From Sarea resinae (taxonomy: Eukaryota): a stretch of 64,000 bases of DNA. The DNA lies in assembly GCA_026026165.1 (NCBI GenBank), contig JAPEUD010000051.1, forward strand, positions 124,001 to 188,000, read 5' to 3'. This document shows, in pieces, positions 1 through 12,759 of this stretch. The notes beneath the pieces are model-generated. The model was not told where the DNA came from. It did no database searches and saw only the letters and a program-made list of their open reading frames with translations. Position numbers and translations under genes: made by a program. How positions within the stretch are numbered: position 1 is the first letter of the stretch; each line of letters begins with the position of its first letter.

Positions 1-427
1 AAAAGAATGACAAAGAAGCAGAGAAAAATCGGTCCCTACGTCTTCAGGTCATAATCAGCTTTCCCCGCCGGCATGGCAATCAGCGGATCTTCAAAGGGAA
101 ACGCGGGCTCCCGCTCTTTCCGCCGCACCCAGATCTCGTGCAGACATTCTCGACTGATGCTTCCGCTGAGATGAGCATGCAACTGTGGTCAGTCGCAGGT
201 TGTCAGCGTGACTCGACGATCAACAAGTCCATCAAAGCAAACAGATAGCTCTCCCAATCAGGCCATCTCGTTGGCGGGAACATCTACGAGACGTCCAAGG
301 CTGGACTGGACCATGACTCCATGGAAGATGAGGATGTGGACACAAGACATACTTCGCATTTGGGCAGACGGCGCGTAAATGCAACGTCTACGGCGCCCTG
401 CGAATCCGAGCCATCTGCCTCGGCCAT
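1..427 (-). CDS. Adenosine deaminase-like protein (ADA/ADAL family), 5' part only; runs off the window start
   Basis: Not in the ORF track. ATG at 427, exon MAEADGSDSQGAVDVAFTRRLPKCE, then a GTATGT...CTGACCACAG intron, then LHAHLSGSISRECLHEIW...DYDLKT. The 'LPKxELHAHLSGSI' motif is the metal-binding HxH signature of adenosine/AMP deaminases. Confidence 0.85.
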
Positions 428-2294
428 GTTGCTCACGCCTCGGGATCCAATGATGCTGGATGGGGGGGGGGGAGAATTGATTATTTATAGAAGATGTCTC
501 CTCCGTACCTAGTACTTGGACGGTGGCTTGATTTGTCGGTGTGACGATCCCATAATCTTACTGCCGTACACTTCACTTGATATCCTCATTACCTCTTTTA
601 TGTACTCCTCCTACAGCCGTCGTGCGAACGTCTTACCCACATAGAGTATGCCCTTGAGCCTAAATGGCACGACACGACTGGAGTCGCCTACGGAGTCCAT
701 ACCTACTAGGTAAGGTACCTTACGCAGTAGTACTACTCTGAGGTGGGCATAGGTACCTACTCAGTACCTAGACTCAATGCGACATTTGCCCGCGGCAACG
801 ATACCGAACCAGGCAGCTGCCGGCGCTTGCGGAGCGGAGGGCTAAGAGTCCAGAGAGCTGGAGGTCAATGCCGTGCTGCTGCGCCCGTACCGAACTCTTA
901 GGTCTCTGTACTGCCAATTACCTCTCTTTGGCATGGCAGCAAGATTGGAATGATGGTCAACGCCGCATCGTTGCAGCGTTGCATCAATATATGCGAATGC
1001 GCCTCTTGAAGGCTTCCCTTCCCTTTCCCTTCGTCGCCGTCGTCGTCGGACGGTCAGGCTGCATCTGCGTGCTTGCTGTCGTGCCCCGGGGCGTACTCCG
1101 TACTTCGTATACTTACCTGCTGTCAAGCTATGCGCAGCCTAGCCCGGTTAGCTCTGTGGTCGGAAATTAGCAGAATAGGTATTGCGCGCAGGAGAGCCGG
1201 GGCGGTTCAACTGCGTACTGCGTACTGCGTACTGCTCTCCAGGGCTACCGAGTAGTACCCGTCGACGACAGTGCTAGTAGTAGCGATAATTGTCAATCGA
1301 TGATCAATCAATGAAATGGTCCATCGATGATCAATAAGCATCTAAGCAAGCTAGGGGATGTCATTCTTTGATGCTGCTATTGACCTCGATAGTGATCGTG
1401 ATAATGTCATTGAAGCGCAAAGAATAGACGGCTCCGCATCAGCATTGCCATTGATCAAGTGAAGTGATCTCCACCCCGACTCAGGCCCAAGAATCTCCGA
1501 AAGAGGCCTTGCTTCCTCTTCCACCTGCTGCCGGTACTTGACTCCACTGCTGTATTCAGACCAAGTGCAAAGTACCTCGCAAGGTAAGGAAGGTACTGAG
1601 GTAGCTTCGCTTTACCCTTCTCTTCCATCTCCTTTCCGTCCCTAGAACGAACGGAACCGAGATCACCAGCGTACCGTTCGGGTCTTCCTCTGGTCTCCTG
1701 CCGCCGACCCCTTGCTATCAGCGGTACCTGCACGGGCCCAGAGAGAGACTTAGAGCTGGATCGGCCACTTCCAGTTCGTTGCTGCGTTACGGCGTTGAGG
1801 TGCTGCTTCTCATCCGCTCGCTACCTGACTTTACCTCTGCTACCTCCTACCTACTCTACGAATACCTGCCGACCTTGACACCACCAACCACCAACCACCA
1901 ACCACCATCCATCCATCCAGCCAAGTCAGGTCAACCCGCATCTTGAGCGCGGCCAATACCCTTCCCTCCTCTCGGACTTGGGTAGCAGTCAACCGTTCCA
2001 GAGCAGCAGAAGCAGCAGCAAGAGAGCATCAGCAGCAGCGACAGCAGCAGCAGCAGCAACACCAGAAGCAGCGGCATTGCTTGTGCGCGCTCGTCCCCTC
2101 GGTTCCCTTTGGTCTTTCCTTGACACTGGCACCTTATTGTCTCGTCCGGCTCGTCACTCGGTCGCTCGCTCGCTCACTACCTACCTAGTAGTCATTTCCT
2201 CACCTTCTTCCCCCCTGACGTCCCCCATTGGTTCTTCTTCCACCAAAACACCATCCATAGATTTTCCATCAATCTGTGCGATCCTTCGGTCAAG

Positions 2295-3735
2295 ATGTCA
2301 GACGTCACCGCCGAACAGATGCAGCAGCGGATCCAGGCTGCTAGAAGAGACGCGGAAGGCCTGAAGGACAAGATTAAGCGCAAGAAGGATGAATTGGCCG
2401 ACAGCTCTCGTAAGTCCCACCCTTGGATATTGTGCCTCCGATTCTTTCGGATGAGCGCTTGAGATTTGATCGTCGTCCCCTTTCCCCGTCGTACGACCTG
2501 TCAAATGGAGACTGACAGCCCCTTGTTCTCTCAGTGCGTCAAGTCGCAAAGGAGCACACCGACGCCTTGCCGCGGATTGGGATGAAGGTTCGTCGCACGT
2601 TGAAGGGACATCTGGCCAAGATCTACGCCATGCACTGGTCGACCGACCGGAGACATCTCGTCTCGGCGTCTCAAGATGGAAAGCTCATCATTTGGGATGC
2701 GTACACGACGAACAAGGTCCACGCCATTCCGCTCCGCTCGTCTTGGGTCATGACCTGCGCTTATGCTCAGAGCGGCAATTACGTCGCATGTGGTGGTCTC
2801 GACAACATCTGTTCCGTCTACAATCTTTCGTTCCGTGAAGGACCCACCCGTGTTGCTCGAGAACTTTCCGGTCATTCCGGCTATCTCTCTTGCTGCCGAT
2901 TCATCAACGACCGACGTATCCTGACATCTTCAGGCGACATGACTTGCATGCTGTGGGATGTCGAGACCGGCAGCAAGGTCACCGAATTCGCAGATCATCT
3001 GGGCGACGTGATGAGCATCAGCATTAACCCCACCAACCAGAATATCTTTGTCTCCGGAGCCTGTGATGCTTTCGCCAAACTCTGGGATATCCGAACCGGC
3101 AAGGCCGTACAAACTTTTGCCGGCCACGAGTCCGATATCAACGCCGTCCAATTCTTCCCAGATGGAAACGCATTCGGTACCGGATCCGACGACGCCTCGT
3201 GCCGTTTATTTGATATCCGTGCTGACCGTGAACTGAACAACTACTCTGTGAGTTCATTTTCGAAGCTTCGATCCTTCAATCGATACGCCACGCTATATGT
3301 TTGCTCGATACAATGGCCTCTCATTCTGGATCAGAGGTTGGATCTCAGGCTAATTTTTTTTCTAACTAGAATGACCAAGTCCTTTGCGGTATCACATCCG
3401 TGGCTTTCTCCGTTTCAGGACGCCTTCTATTCGCCGGTTATGATGATTTCGAGTGCAAGGTGTGTAAACCGTACCTCATCGATCAGACATAGTCGATGTC
3501 AAATACTCACGTGTCATTCTAGGTCTGGGATGTTCTTCGCGGTGACAAGGTTGGCTCTCTTACTGGCCACGACAATCGCGTCAGCTGCTTGGGTGTCAGC
3601 AACGACGGCATAAGTCTCTGCACTGGATCATGGGATTCTACTGTAAGTGATGGCTCTTGCCCACGAATCGCGATCCTGCTATCTTTCCACATGCTAATAC
3701 GATAAAAATTCCAGCTCAAGATCTGGGCGTGGTAG
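2295..3735 (+). CDS. sfaD: Heterotrimeric G-protein beta subunit (WD40), spliced, 4 introns
   Basis: [36 protein letters not shown], then [41 protein letters not shown], ending LKIWAW-TAG. Canonical GT-AG introns. Confidence 0.97.
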
Positions 3736-6700
3736 AAGTGGACTTGGCCTCCGGTCTGTGCCCTGGTGCCCATATCTCAACGGACTCTTCATGTGCGATG
3801 ATATTTAGATCGGAGCACAGCCAGCTTCTCAATTACGCAAGGGTCTACGATGTGTGAGGATCTCTGGGAGCTATCCCGTGTAGTATGAAAAGACACGAAG
3901 ATATGATGGCTGCCATTGCTATTCTCGTCCACTTTTATGGTCTTGGCAGTTTGGCGAGCGTGGACCACGGTCTCGAGGTTGTTGTTCTCGTTTGTTCCCT
4001 TCTTGTCGAAGCGGATTATTTACGTGCTTATCTCTGTGCGTTCAGGCGGACGTCTGCATTTTTCTTTTTCTCTCCCGTGTCTCCTACGATTGGGTCCACA
4101 TCTTGCTGTCATCACTCCTGGCCTCGTTTTCCTCGAAAAGCTCTCTGTTCTGGCAAGCCTTGTTGAAGGCGCGTTTATCCTTCTGTCTCTGCGAAAGCCC
4201 GCTTTCCAGTGACCTTCTCGATGATAGATTGGCTAGGAAGGATTGTCTACTAATCTGCTTTGGCGGCTGGGTCACCGCATGTACGAGGAACTCTTGAAAA
4301 AGGCAGCAGACAAGGATTGCGAATTTGGGGTCTTGGACTCTCCACGGCTAGCCTCGACCTGCGACTACCTTTCTGCAGCTTTTTAAGTCACCGGCGTTTT
4401 CTGGCAACCAACTGCTCATCCACATTCAATCTTGCTTGAAGGGAAATCAGCCCCTTCCTTGCCCGAGTAAGCCCAGTTGTGACGGTCTTCCTCGCTTGTG
4501 TCTTCGACATCATTCCCGGCAGGCACAAACAGTATCTTCTCCCCGCTCTTCTCTCTTCAACTTTCTCTTCGAGTCCCGAGCAAGTGCCCGCCGAAGCGGC
4601 CAAAGCAAGCGCGACTTTTGTCTTCCATATTGTCCGTATTTTCTTGTCTTTTGTTCCTCTTTCCTTTCTATTTCAAGGCGTCGGATCTTCTTCTTTTCTT
4701 CTTCGTTTTCTCCTTTCGTGTAGTTTTTCCCTTCTAAATACCCTCTGGGGAATGTGAGACTCCGTTACAGGTACAGGCCGTGTGTGCTGTGTGCCGTGTG
4801 CTTGCAGCCGCCTAGTGTTTTTCATCCCTTGAACGTGCGCCTTTTTCTGACTTCTCCTAATCTTGAGTCTGAGCGTGGATAGAGGGAAAGGGTTCGTTAC
4901 CTGTGGGTGGGTGGTATGGGGCCAGAAGGCTGCTGCTGCTACTGTATCGTATCCTATAAATATCAGATCTCTTGTTCTGCAGATTTGGTCTTGGCTTGAC
5001 TCTTGTTGATGAGATCGCTATTCAGAATAATACAATCCGATGCGATCAGTAACATTCAAGACCCGTCCACAACCCGTCCATCCACACCCAAAGAAATCAA
5101 TGAAGGAATTTTGTACTGGAAACCCGAGAATATATCGACGGTCATCGCACCAGGCTGGATCAAATTAGCTCACCATAATTACGTCACCAATCATAAGACA
5201 TGATTGACCTTCAATTGATCCATAAGTTACCATTTGGGTTCCGCTGCGACTCCCTACCATTCATTTTCAATGATAGTTGCCAACTTGATGCTTTCAACAT
5301 CAGTCTGGTAGGATATACTATGGTCCTAACCCCAATCAGTCCATCTCTAATCCTTCCATTCCCCGCATTGCTGTCTGTCCATCTCTGCTTGGCGAGGAAT
5401 CTCCTTCCTCGGTATTATTAGCCACAGCTATTTCTCACATGCAGTCCTGCTTCCACGAGCCGCCAGCAAGACCCATCTCAATGACCTCCAACACGTCGAT
5501 GCACCAGCCAGCCTCTCAATTCAATCATCACTCCTGCTTGACACATGATGTTCGGTACGGTGAATTGATGCTGTTTCTGAAACGACTCTACACTCCCGAT
5601 CATAACGGACCGTCACGGTAGACGGTAAGATTGCATCTTGGTAAGATCCATGGATGGATCCAAAGCTGGATGCCGACCTGGATGGGCCGAGGTCCGTTCC
5701 GTCCCCTATTCTTGTAGCCGAGACTGGTCATCTTGCTCTTTTCTTGAGACGTTCGACGATAATCTGTTCAAAACTCGGCCCAGGTAGATCCAAGAAGCGA
5801 AGCACATGATTCCTCAGTATCCCATTAGCCGGTGTGTTGGACGACCTAAGGTAACATGCATGATGGCTGTCGTCGCTTGGGTTGGCGAACCCGGAATAGA
5901 TCCATGGATGGTCCATGGATACCATGGATAGGCACCGTACCGTAGCTAATGCTCCACTATGCAGCTCGAGTTGCACGATATGCATCAGATGGAAGCATGG
6001 CAAACCGCACACCCCTATCACAATCTGTAAGTGTGATTCACACACAACTGTATCAAGTGGTGTTGATGTTGCAGCTTGGTCGACGTGTCTCCAGCGAACT
6101 GGGAAACGTTGAGGCGTGAGGCGTACGGCGTACGGCGTACGGCTTACGCTGTTCCATGGGTTCCATTGTCTGCCGTCGACGTCAGCCGCGACGTCAGCCT
6201 CGACGTGAGTCACTTATAAGTCAAGTATTTATTTATTCACTACGAGGTCGGAATCGGTGCCGTGGGTAGGAGGTCCACGGGTCTTCTGTGATATGATGAT
6301 ATTCTCCGATGATTCGAATAGAGTGTTACCGAAACACGCCAACTCGAGGGCAGTTTCATGCCAGTACTTTACTGGTACTCATAGTAGTACTGCACAGGAG
6401 GAGTACACTGCGAACAGAGACGTGTACTCCGTAGCAAGTCGTGGTTGACTCCTGTCGATCGTTCGTTTGTGCTTCAAGCCGGCGGGGATCATGGCGGATA
6501 CGGCAGTCAGGGGCTCCCTTCGAGACTACGGAGTAGCACACTCGAATAGTGCCCGGCGAATTCCTTCCTCGCTCTCGCTCTTGCCCTCCCCTTTCCTCCC
6601 TTTTCTGCGTCGTCTCCAGAACCGTCTGTACTATCATGGATGTTACCGACTGCAGCAATTGGGATGCAGATGCAGCGTGTGCCAGGCATCAAACATGGAA

Positions 6701-6820
6701 TTCAATCAAGGCAACGACTGGCATCATTCACGTCCAGTTGACTTGTACTACGTAGCCACGCAAAGTGACCTAACCACCTCACAAATCCCAATCCCTGATT
6801 TCCCACATGTAGCGTGCATT

Positions 6821-6870
6821 CTTCTGCTTCTTCTTCTTCTTCTTCTTCTTCTTCTTCTTCTCCTCCTTCT
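6821..6870. repeat. (CTT)n microsatellite
   Basis: Directly visible run of CTT units. Confidence 0.9.
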
Positions 6871-7349
6871 CGTCTGCCCTGCATGAAGATTCTTGACGGA
6901 CTACCTCACTTTGAGTTGATCTATCCATGGATAGTAACGCCTCTAGTCCGGAGTAGTCCTACACCTACCGCATCCATACAAGCTTGAATCTCATCTTCCC
7001 ACCTTTGGGGCGCAAAACCAAAACACCACCCCGGTCTCAACCACTTTCTATCCCCCCCACCCCTCCGTGGCACAAGGTGCTGGCGCGAGCAACATTATTT
7101 TCGCATCAGGTTCCATCTCTCCTTCTCATCTCCATGATTTGAGGTTAATTGCCGATTCAACCCAATCAGATCCAAGTCTATGAGCGGATTGCCGTCCGGC
7201 CCCCCGGCTTCGACCAGCGCATGAAACGATTGCATTCAGCTTACTCCGTTGATCGCCTTCTTTCAAAAACGATCCTCGTCATCGTCGAGCCGAGTTAGTT
7301 ACTGTCAGCCCTGTCGCTCCAAGACATAGCCCTCCTTGATATTTTCACC

Positions 7350-8332
7350 ATGTCATCAGCTGCCGAGATCGAAGCTGCCGCTCTTTTTAACCAAAAGGAA
7401 ACCGTCTCCCATCATCCAGAGGACTCGGACTCTTCCCTCGACCTGAGCGAATCCGAGAAAGAGGTCGAGACCGAGAAGAAAAATATCCGCGGCACAAGAG
7501 CCTCGCAAGTGCCCGCCATGCCTTCCTCTGATTACCATCTCCCGTCGAACAAATTTCAAGCCAACACGGGCCCCAAGGGCGTCATCGCCGACGCGCACGC
7601 CTTTGAACAAGCGAAACGCGACCAATTGCGCGTCAGACAGAGTCGCACGTCTGGCCGGAATGACGTCGAATCCGGTGCATTTACCTTTTTCTCCGAAAAG
7701 AATAACGTCCGGGAGACATCCAGCAGCCCCGATGAACATCACGAGCAGTCGTTTCTGCAGACCTGGCGCGAGAACCGATTGAAGGAGCTCAAGACGGGCC
7801 CCGACCCACGCACGAGGAGGCAGAGCCCGAGCAAGAGGCGATACAGGACTCTGGAGACTGTTGACGCGGCTGGGTATTTGGATGCGGTTGAAAAGGTGCC
7901 CGCAGACACGACAGTGGTGGTTTGCATCTCCGACGACGACGTAGGTCTTCCATGATATCACTCTTGAGGGATTCGCCGTTGTTTTACACGCTGGAAGCTA
8001 ATATGTGTCTATGTCGCTACAGTCCGACGTCAGCAAGCTAGTTGAAGACTGCCTCATGCATCTGGCCCGTAAATTTGACACGACCCGATTCGTGAAGCTT
8101 CATTACGACGAGGCCGAGATGGATCCTGTGAGTATACCAGCCCTGCTCGTCTATCGGGAGGGCGATCTGGTCGACAAATTGATGCCTCTCATTGATGAGA
8201 TTCCTGCTGGTCGGGATCTTAGTGCGTTGAGCCTGGAGACAGTCCTAAAAAAGTAAGTTCAATGTGTGCTTTCGGAAGACTCCCCGGTGTGGAGCTGAAC
8301 TAATGGTTCTCTGCAGACGTGCTATTATATGA
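7350..8332 (+). CDS. phnA: Phosducin-like protein (PhLP1 / BDM-1 / PhnA group), 2 introns
   Basis: NTGPKGVIADA helix-1 motif (G-beta-gamma binding), FLQTWRENRLKEL, and a thioredoxin-like C-domain (YLDAVEK, RFVKLHY, PALLVYREGDL). Confidence 0.92.
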
Positions 8333-9587
8333 AAGCATTTGTGTCGGCCATCCTCTTGACACATCATTGGATACGGATTCTCTTTCTCTGGATACTCATG
8401 ACAGGATGCAGAATTGTGGCCATCTCACCACGTCACGCCCCATCACGTCTCACGATCTATTTCGTGGCCTTTTTTATCGGGTCTCTTGACCTTTTCTATA
8501 TCCCCATGTTTCCCGTCCTCTTGCCATCGAGCTTACCTGGTTCTACGCCGCACCATTTCCTCTAAATGGCTGGCCTTGCTTGGGTCGTACCCAGCGTATT
8601 GGATCAATCAGGCGTTTTCGGTGTTGTGTCTTTTATCAAGCGCTACATTCATATCCACGGGATAACGATCTTCATATGTGGGGGTAAAGCAGGTCCCTCA
8701 CCGTTCTACTTTCTACGCCATTCTAATCATCTCCCAATCTTGATCTCTTGCTTCTCTCTACTCTAGCTGTTACTCTTGAGTTGTCTACTGATTGATATGA
8801 CAAGACGGGATGATGGGTGATTGCTTTCTTCTTTTCTGGTCTTCTCTTCACTTCTCATCTCATCGATAGACATATCAAAGAATAGATCTAAGACCGACTG
8901 AACAATCAATAAAGTAATCTCGCCGCACGCCTAGACATCCCGGCTGCTCCACATTCGTCCACTCTGACGTGCTAGACTTTTAAATCTGACGAGACCATTC
9001 ACCAACTTTACGTCCTGATATGCACCGGACGGAGCGCAAACAGAGTCGATGGCGTCTCGACGCACAAGACGGTCGACAGATGCTGGGCCTCGATATGTTG
9101 ACATTGACACGGAGTCTTGCACTAGATTTGTGAACAAAGAATTGATCGACCCTGGCGAGACGGGCATCGAAGGGCTTGGAATTGGTATGAAGCGAATGCT
9201 GAGGAAGGAATCACTTGCGGTCGCAGTGACTTGGAGGTCGCAGTAGGTTCTGTACAGAGACTATCTTCTGAGCGTGCATACTAAGCGTTCAGAAGTACTC
9301 GATACCTTGTGGGAAGAAACTGGCGGTAGTTGCCGTCCCTCAGCCCGATGTACTCCGGAGTAGTCAAGTTCTCTGGGTTGATTGTAATAGTACTCGATGG
9401 TCGTCCGGGCACGTCTCCGCCTTCGCCTTCGCCTCAGCACCTCTTCACCACTTCGCTCGTCATCAGACGATACATGCATGATCTCTGGGCCTTCTTTGAT
9501 TGCAACCACATTGGAGAAGTCTAGTGTCATCTATTGCCTCCGATATTGGCTTCCCGCGCTCCTCAGTCCTCAGTAGGCCTCTGCATC

Positions 9588-10881
9588 ATGGACAGAGGCG
9601 TCTCTGTCTCTGTCTCTGCGACTGCTGCCGCCGCCCCACGCGGTCACAAGGTATGGCATCCGAGAACGGGCACTTGGTGAAGTTCTGCCGGGTATCATAT
9701 GGATAACACTTGGCAACTCACATGCAATGGATTCACTGACAATCTTGGTAACCGACAGAGAACTCACGATCAAATCTCAGAGGGTCATGGCCCCGACCAT
9801 TCGCGCTATACCTTTGGTCTTCCTCAACCTCACTCCCACTCTCACTCCCGCTCCCACTCCCACAACGCCACCTCTTCCAGCCGCCAACCTTCCATCCCTC
9901 TACCAGCCTTGCGATTTCCCGGCGACGGTATGGATTACAGACGACCTGCTCCTCTCGCAGGCAGACCCACCGTCATAGATCTCACCGATGAGACAGACTC
10001 TCCCGCCAGGAATCCTTCTCACCGCCCGGGTGGTTCCAATCGTGCCCATCGGCCCCCTAGGTTCTCAAGAGAGATCATAGACATCGACACAGTCGAAGAA
10101 GACGAACCGGTAATGCCTCATCGCCCTTCAAGTCCAGAGGTCGAATTGCTTTTCTCACGTCGACGATCACATCTGCCTGAACTCCGACCGCCTGCAGCTG
10201 AGCCGCGGCAACCAGCTCCTCAAGGAAATCCGTTTGGAGTAGGACATCTTGGCGTGAACGGTGCTGGACCCTCATATCCGGGATTTGGCGAACGCTTGCT
10301 TGAAGTCGCTGCGAGGCAGATTGGAGTTGGAGGCGAGCCAGGGAATAATAGAACTAGGGGATTCTTCGAGAGTCTCTCTGCAATCGTCCAACCCGGCCGA
10401 ATACTTCACAATCAGGGTGATGAGCCCGTTGAGGACGACGTGAGGATCTTAGGATTCGCATTCAACCCGCCCAACCTCAATTACGCCACTCCTGGGTTTC
10501 CGATCTCGAGCAGCCCGGCGCCTGGCGCAGCAACCTACAAAGCACCAAGTCCGGCGAGAGAGGGTTTCACGAGGTCTCCACAGGAAGAAGATATCATCAT
10601 CTGTCCTAGCTGTGGCGATGAATTGGGTTCCGGGGAAGAGGGCTCGAAACAGCAAGTGTGGGTGATCAAAGCATGTGGTCATGTCAGTTGTCTCTCAGCC
10701 TTGGATTCACGTCAACAAAGTGGCTAATTGTCTATAGGCATATTGTGGGGAGTGCGCGCAGAAGAGAAAGGTCAGGGTCAAAAGAGGGCAGACAAAGCCT
10801 TTCGCCAAGTGCATGGTCCCGGAATGTGGAAAGTCGACGACAGCCGGAAAGAACGCGATGATCCAATTGTATCTGGGTTAG
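9588..10881 (+). CDS. SIM-containing C-terminal RING/zinc-finger protein (STUbL-like), 2 introns
   Basis: Proposed exon 1 is 9588-9650 (…RGHK|GTATGG), with a CTGAC…CAG acceptor near 9757. SIM-like VIDLTDE and IIDID. C-terminus CPSC…CGH|AYCGECA…C…C after splicing of the second intron. Confidence 0.75.
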
Positions 10882-11436
10882 ACATGGCCAAGAGCATCGT
10901 TGGTCTAATAGCCGGTCTGGTGGAGTGATGTCCTGGGCTGGAATGGGAATCATGGGATGAGAAGCAATTCTCACGTCAACGTGGAGCATATCATGCGGCG
11001 TCATGTAAGGGGGGGACACGGGTCATCTCTGTGGGGCGTTGGCAAGCTTGTTATCAGCGGGTATCAGACCATGGATAGAATACCCAAGTAAATGCATGTT
11101 GAATCCGATGTCAGAATTCATCTGCCCAAGCAGCACTCGGTGCATGATGTTTCGATGGATCTCCCGCGTGAAGTCACAAGCGAAACTCCGTGCTTTCGTC
11201 CGTCACCGCCTTCGCTTGTGAGAGATCTACCATGTCCATCTGAATGCGGTACCAACACCAAAACACCAAGAAAAGCTCCCAACAGCATATCCTCCGACGT
11301 CAGTCTCCCACCACGTAATATCCCCTCCAGGGCTTTCTTGCGTGATTCGTCTCACCCAATTCCCCCATCTCAGCGTATCTTCGCCAACCTTTTCGCAGTT
11401 CACACCGTCCTATATCGTCAAAACTCGACGGCAAAC

Positions 11437-12667
11437 ATGGAGACTGCCACGGCTCCGCGCCCTTTAGGACAGCCACCGCTGAAGCAGAAATACCTCCTCC
11501 TCTACAATTTCGTATCTTGCCTCCTCTGGATCTGCGTCTTGGGCCGCGTGGTGCTGCTGGTACCGCTGGTTGGGGCGGAGTATATCTATGGTGGGGTGGG
11601 GGAATTTGTCAAATGGACTCAGACGCTGGCGGTGTTGGAAGTGGTGCATTCACTGTTGGGTGAGAACGTTTTACGATCTGGATTTTCTCCATTTCTTACT
11701 TCTTTCCGGTTTACAACTATGTATCTACCAAGCTAACTAGCAATTCCAAATTGCAGGAATTGTACGCGCCCCAGCTTTGACAACGTTGATGCAGGTCTCG
11801 TCGCGACTGTTGCTTGTGTGGGCCGTGGTGGATCAATTCCCGGATGAGACGAGCTCGAGCTGGGGATATTCGAGCATGCTGGTTGCCTGGAGCGTGACGG
11901 AGGTGGTGCGCTATGGATATTTTGTCGTACTGCTCAGCGGACGGTCGACTGGTGGAGTGGTGGGATGGTTAAGGTTTGTTGATTTTCTTCCCCTTGCCCT
12001 CGATTCGGGCTGATGCAACTGTGGATGGAAACTATGGATTGACGAGAGAGCACCGAAACAGGTACAACACATTCTACGTCCTTTATCCGCTCGGCATCAG
12101 CAGCGAGTGCTACCTGATCTATCTTGCGCTGGGGCCGGCGCGCGAGACGTATGGACCTTGGGCCGCTTATGCATTTATTGCCATATTAATCATCTATATT
12201 CCCGGTAAGGCTCTTACGTCCATGTCTCGCTTTTCTACATGCTCTCTCTCGTCCTCGCTCCTCGTCTGCTTTCTCTGCCTCTACCCTGCGCCATCCGCTC
12301 GGTGTGCTACAACTACCGCATGCTCGATTCCAATAGCGCTTCCGGAATAGATTTCCGTGCCAGCCCTTTGCCCTGGTGTTCCTCGTTCCTCCAATGTATA
12401 CCTCCTCGCCCAGGCGTATTGCTCTTTCTACTCATATGGCGCTATTCCCCGTCCTGATATCCATCTACTACCCACTCTATTCGCTCCACGCGCCCCTCCC
12501 CCCGAGCTCTGCTCTCCATGGCACTCTACCTACCCGCAAACACTAACCCTTATCGCGTCTCACCTCATAAAGGCTCGTACATCCTCTTCACGCACATGAT
12601 GGCCCAGCGCCGCCGCATGGTCCGGGGCAAGGGCATCGAGCGACGACCCCCCGGCGGTCGAGCTTGA
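11437..12667 (+). CDS. PHS1: Very-long-chain 3-hydroxyacyl-CoA dehydratase (PTPLA/PHS1), 3 introns
   Basis: YLLLYN, QTLAVLEVVHSLLG, TTLMQVSSR, AWSVTEVVRYGYF, WLRYNTFYVLYPLGISSE, YIPGSYILFTHMMAQRR. Confidence 0.93.
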
Positions 12668-12759
12668 GAGAAAAATAAAAAAAATAAAAAACTCTGCGTC
12701 TTTTGTAACAGGAAGATTGTTTACCTTGTGCTTCGAAGCACGTTATTGGAGCGGGGAAC

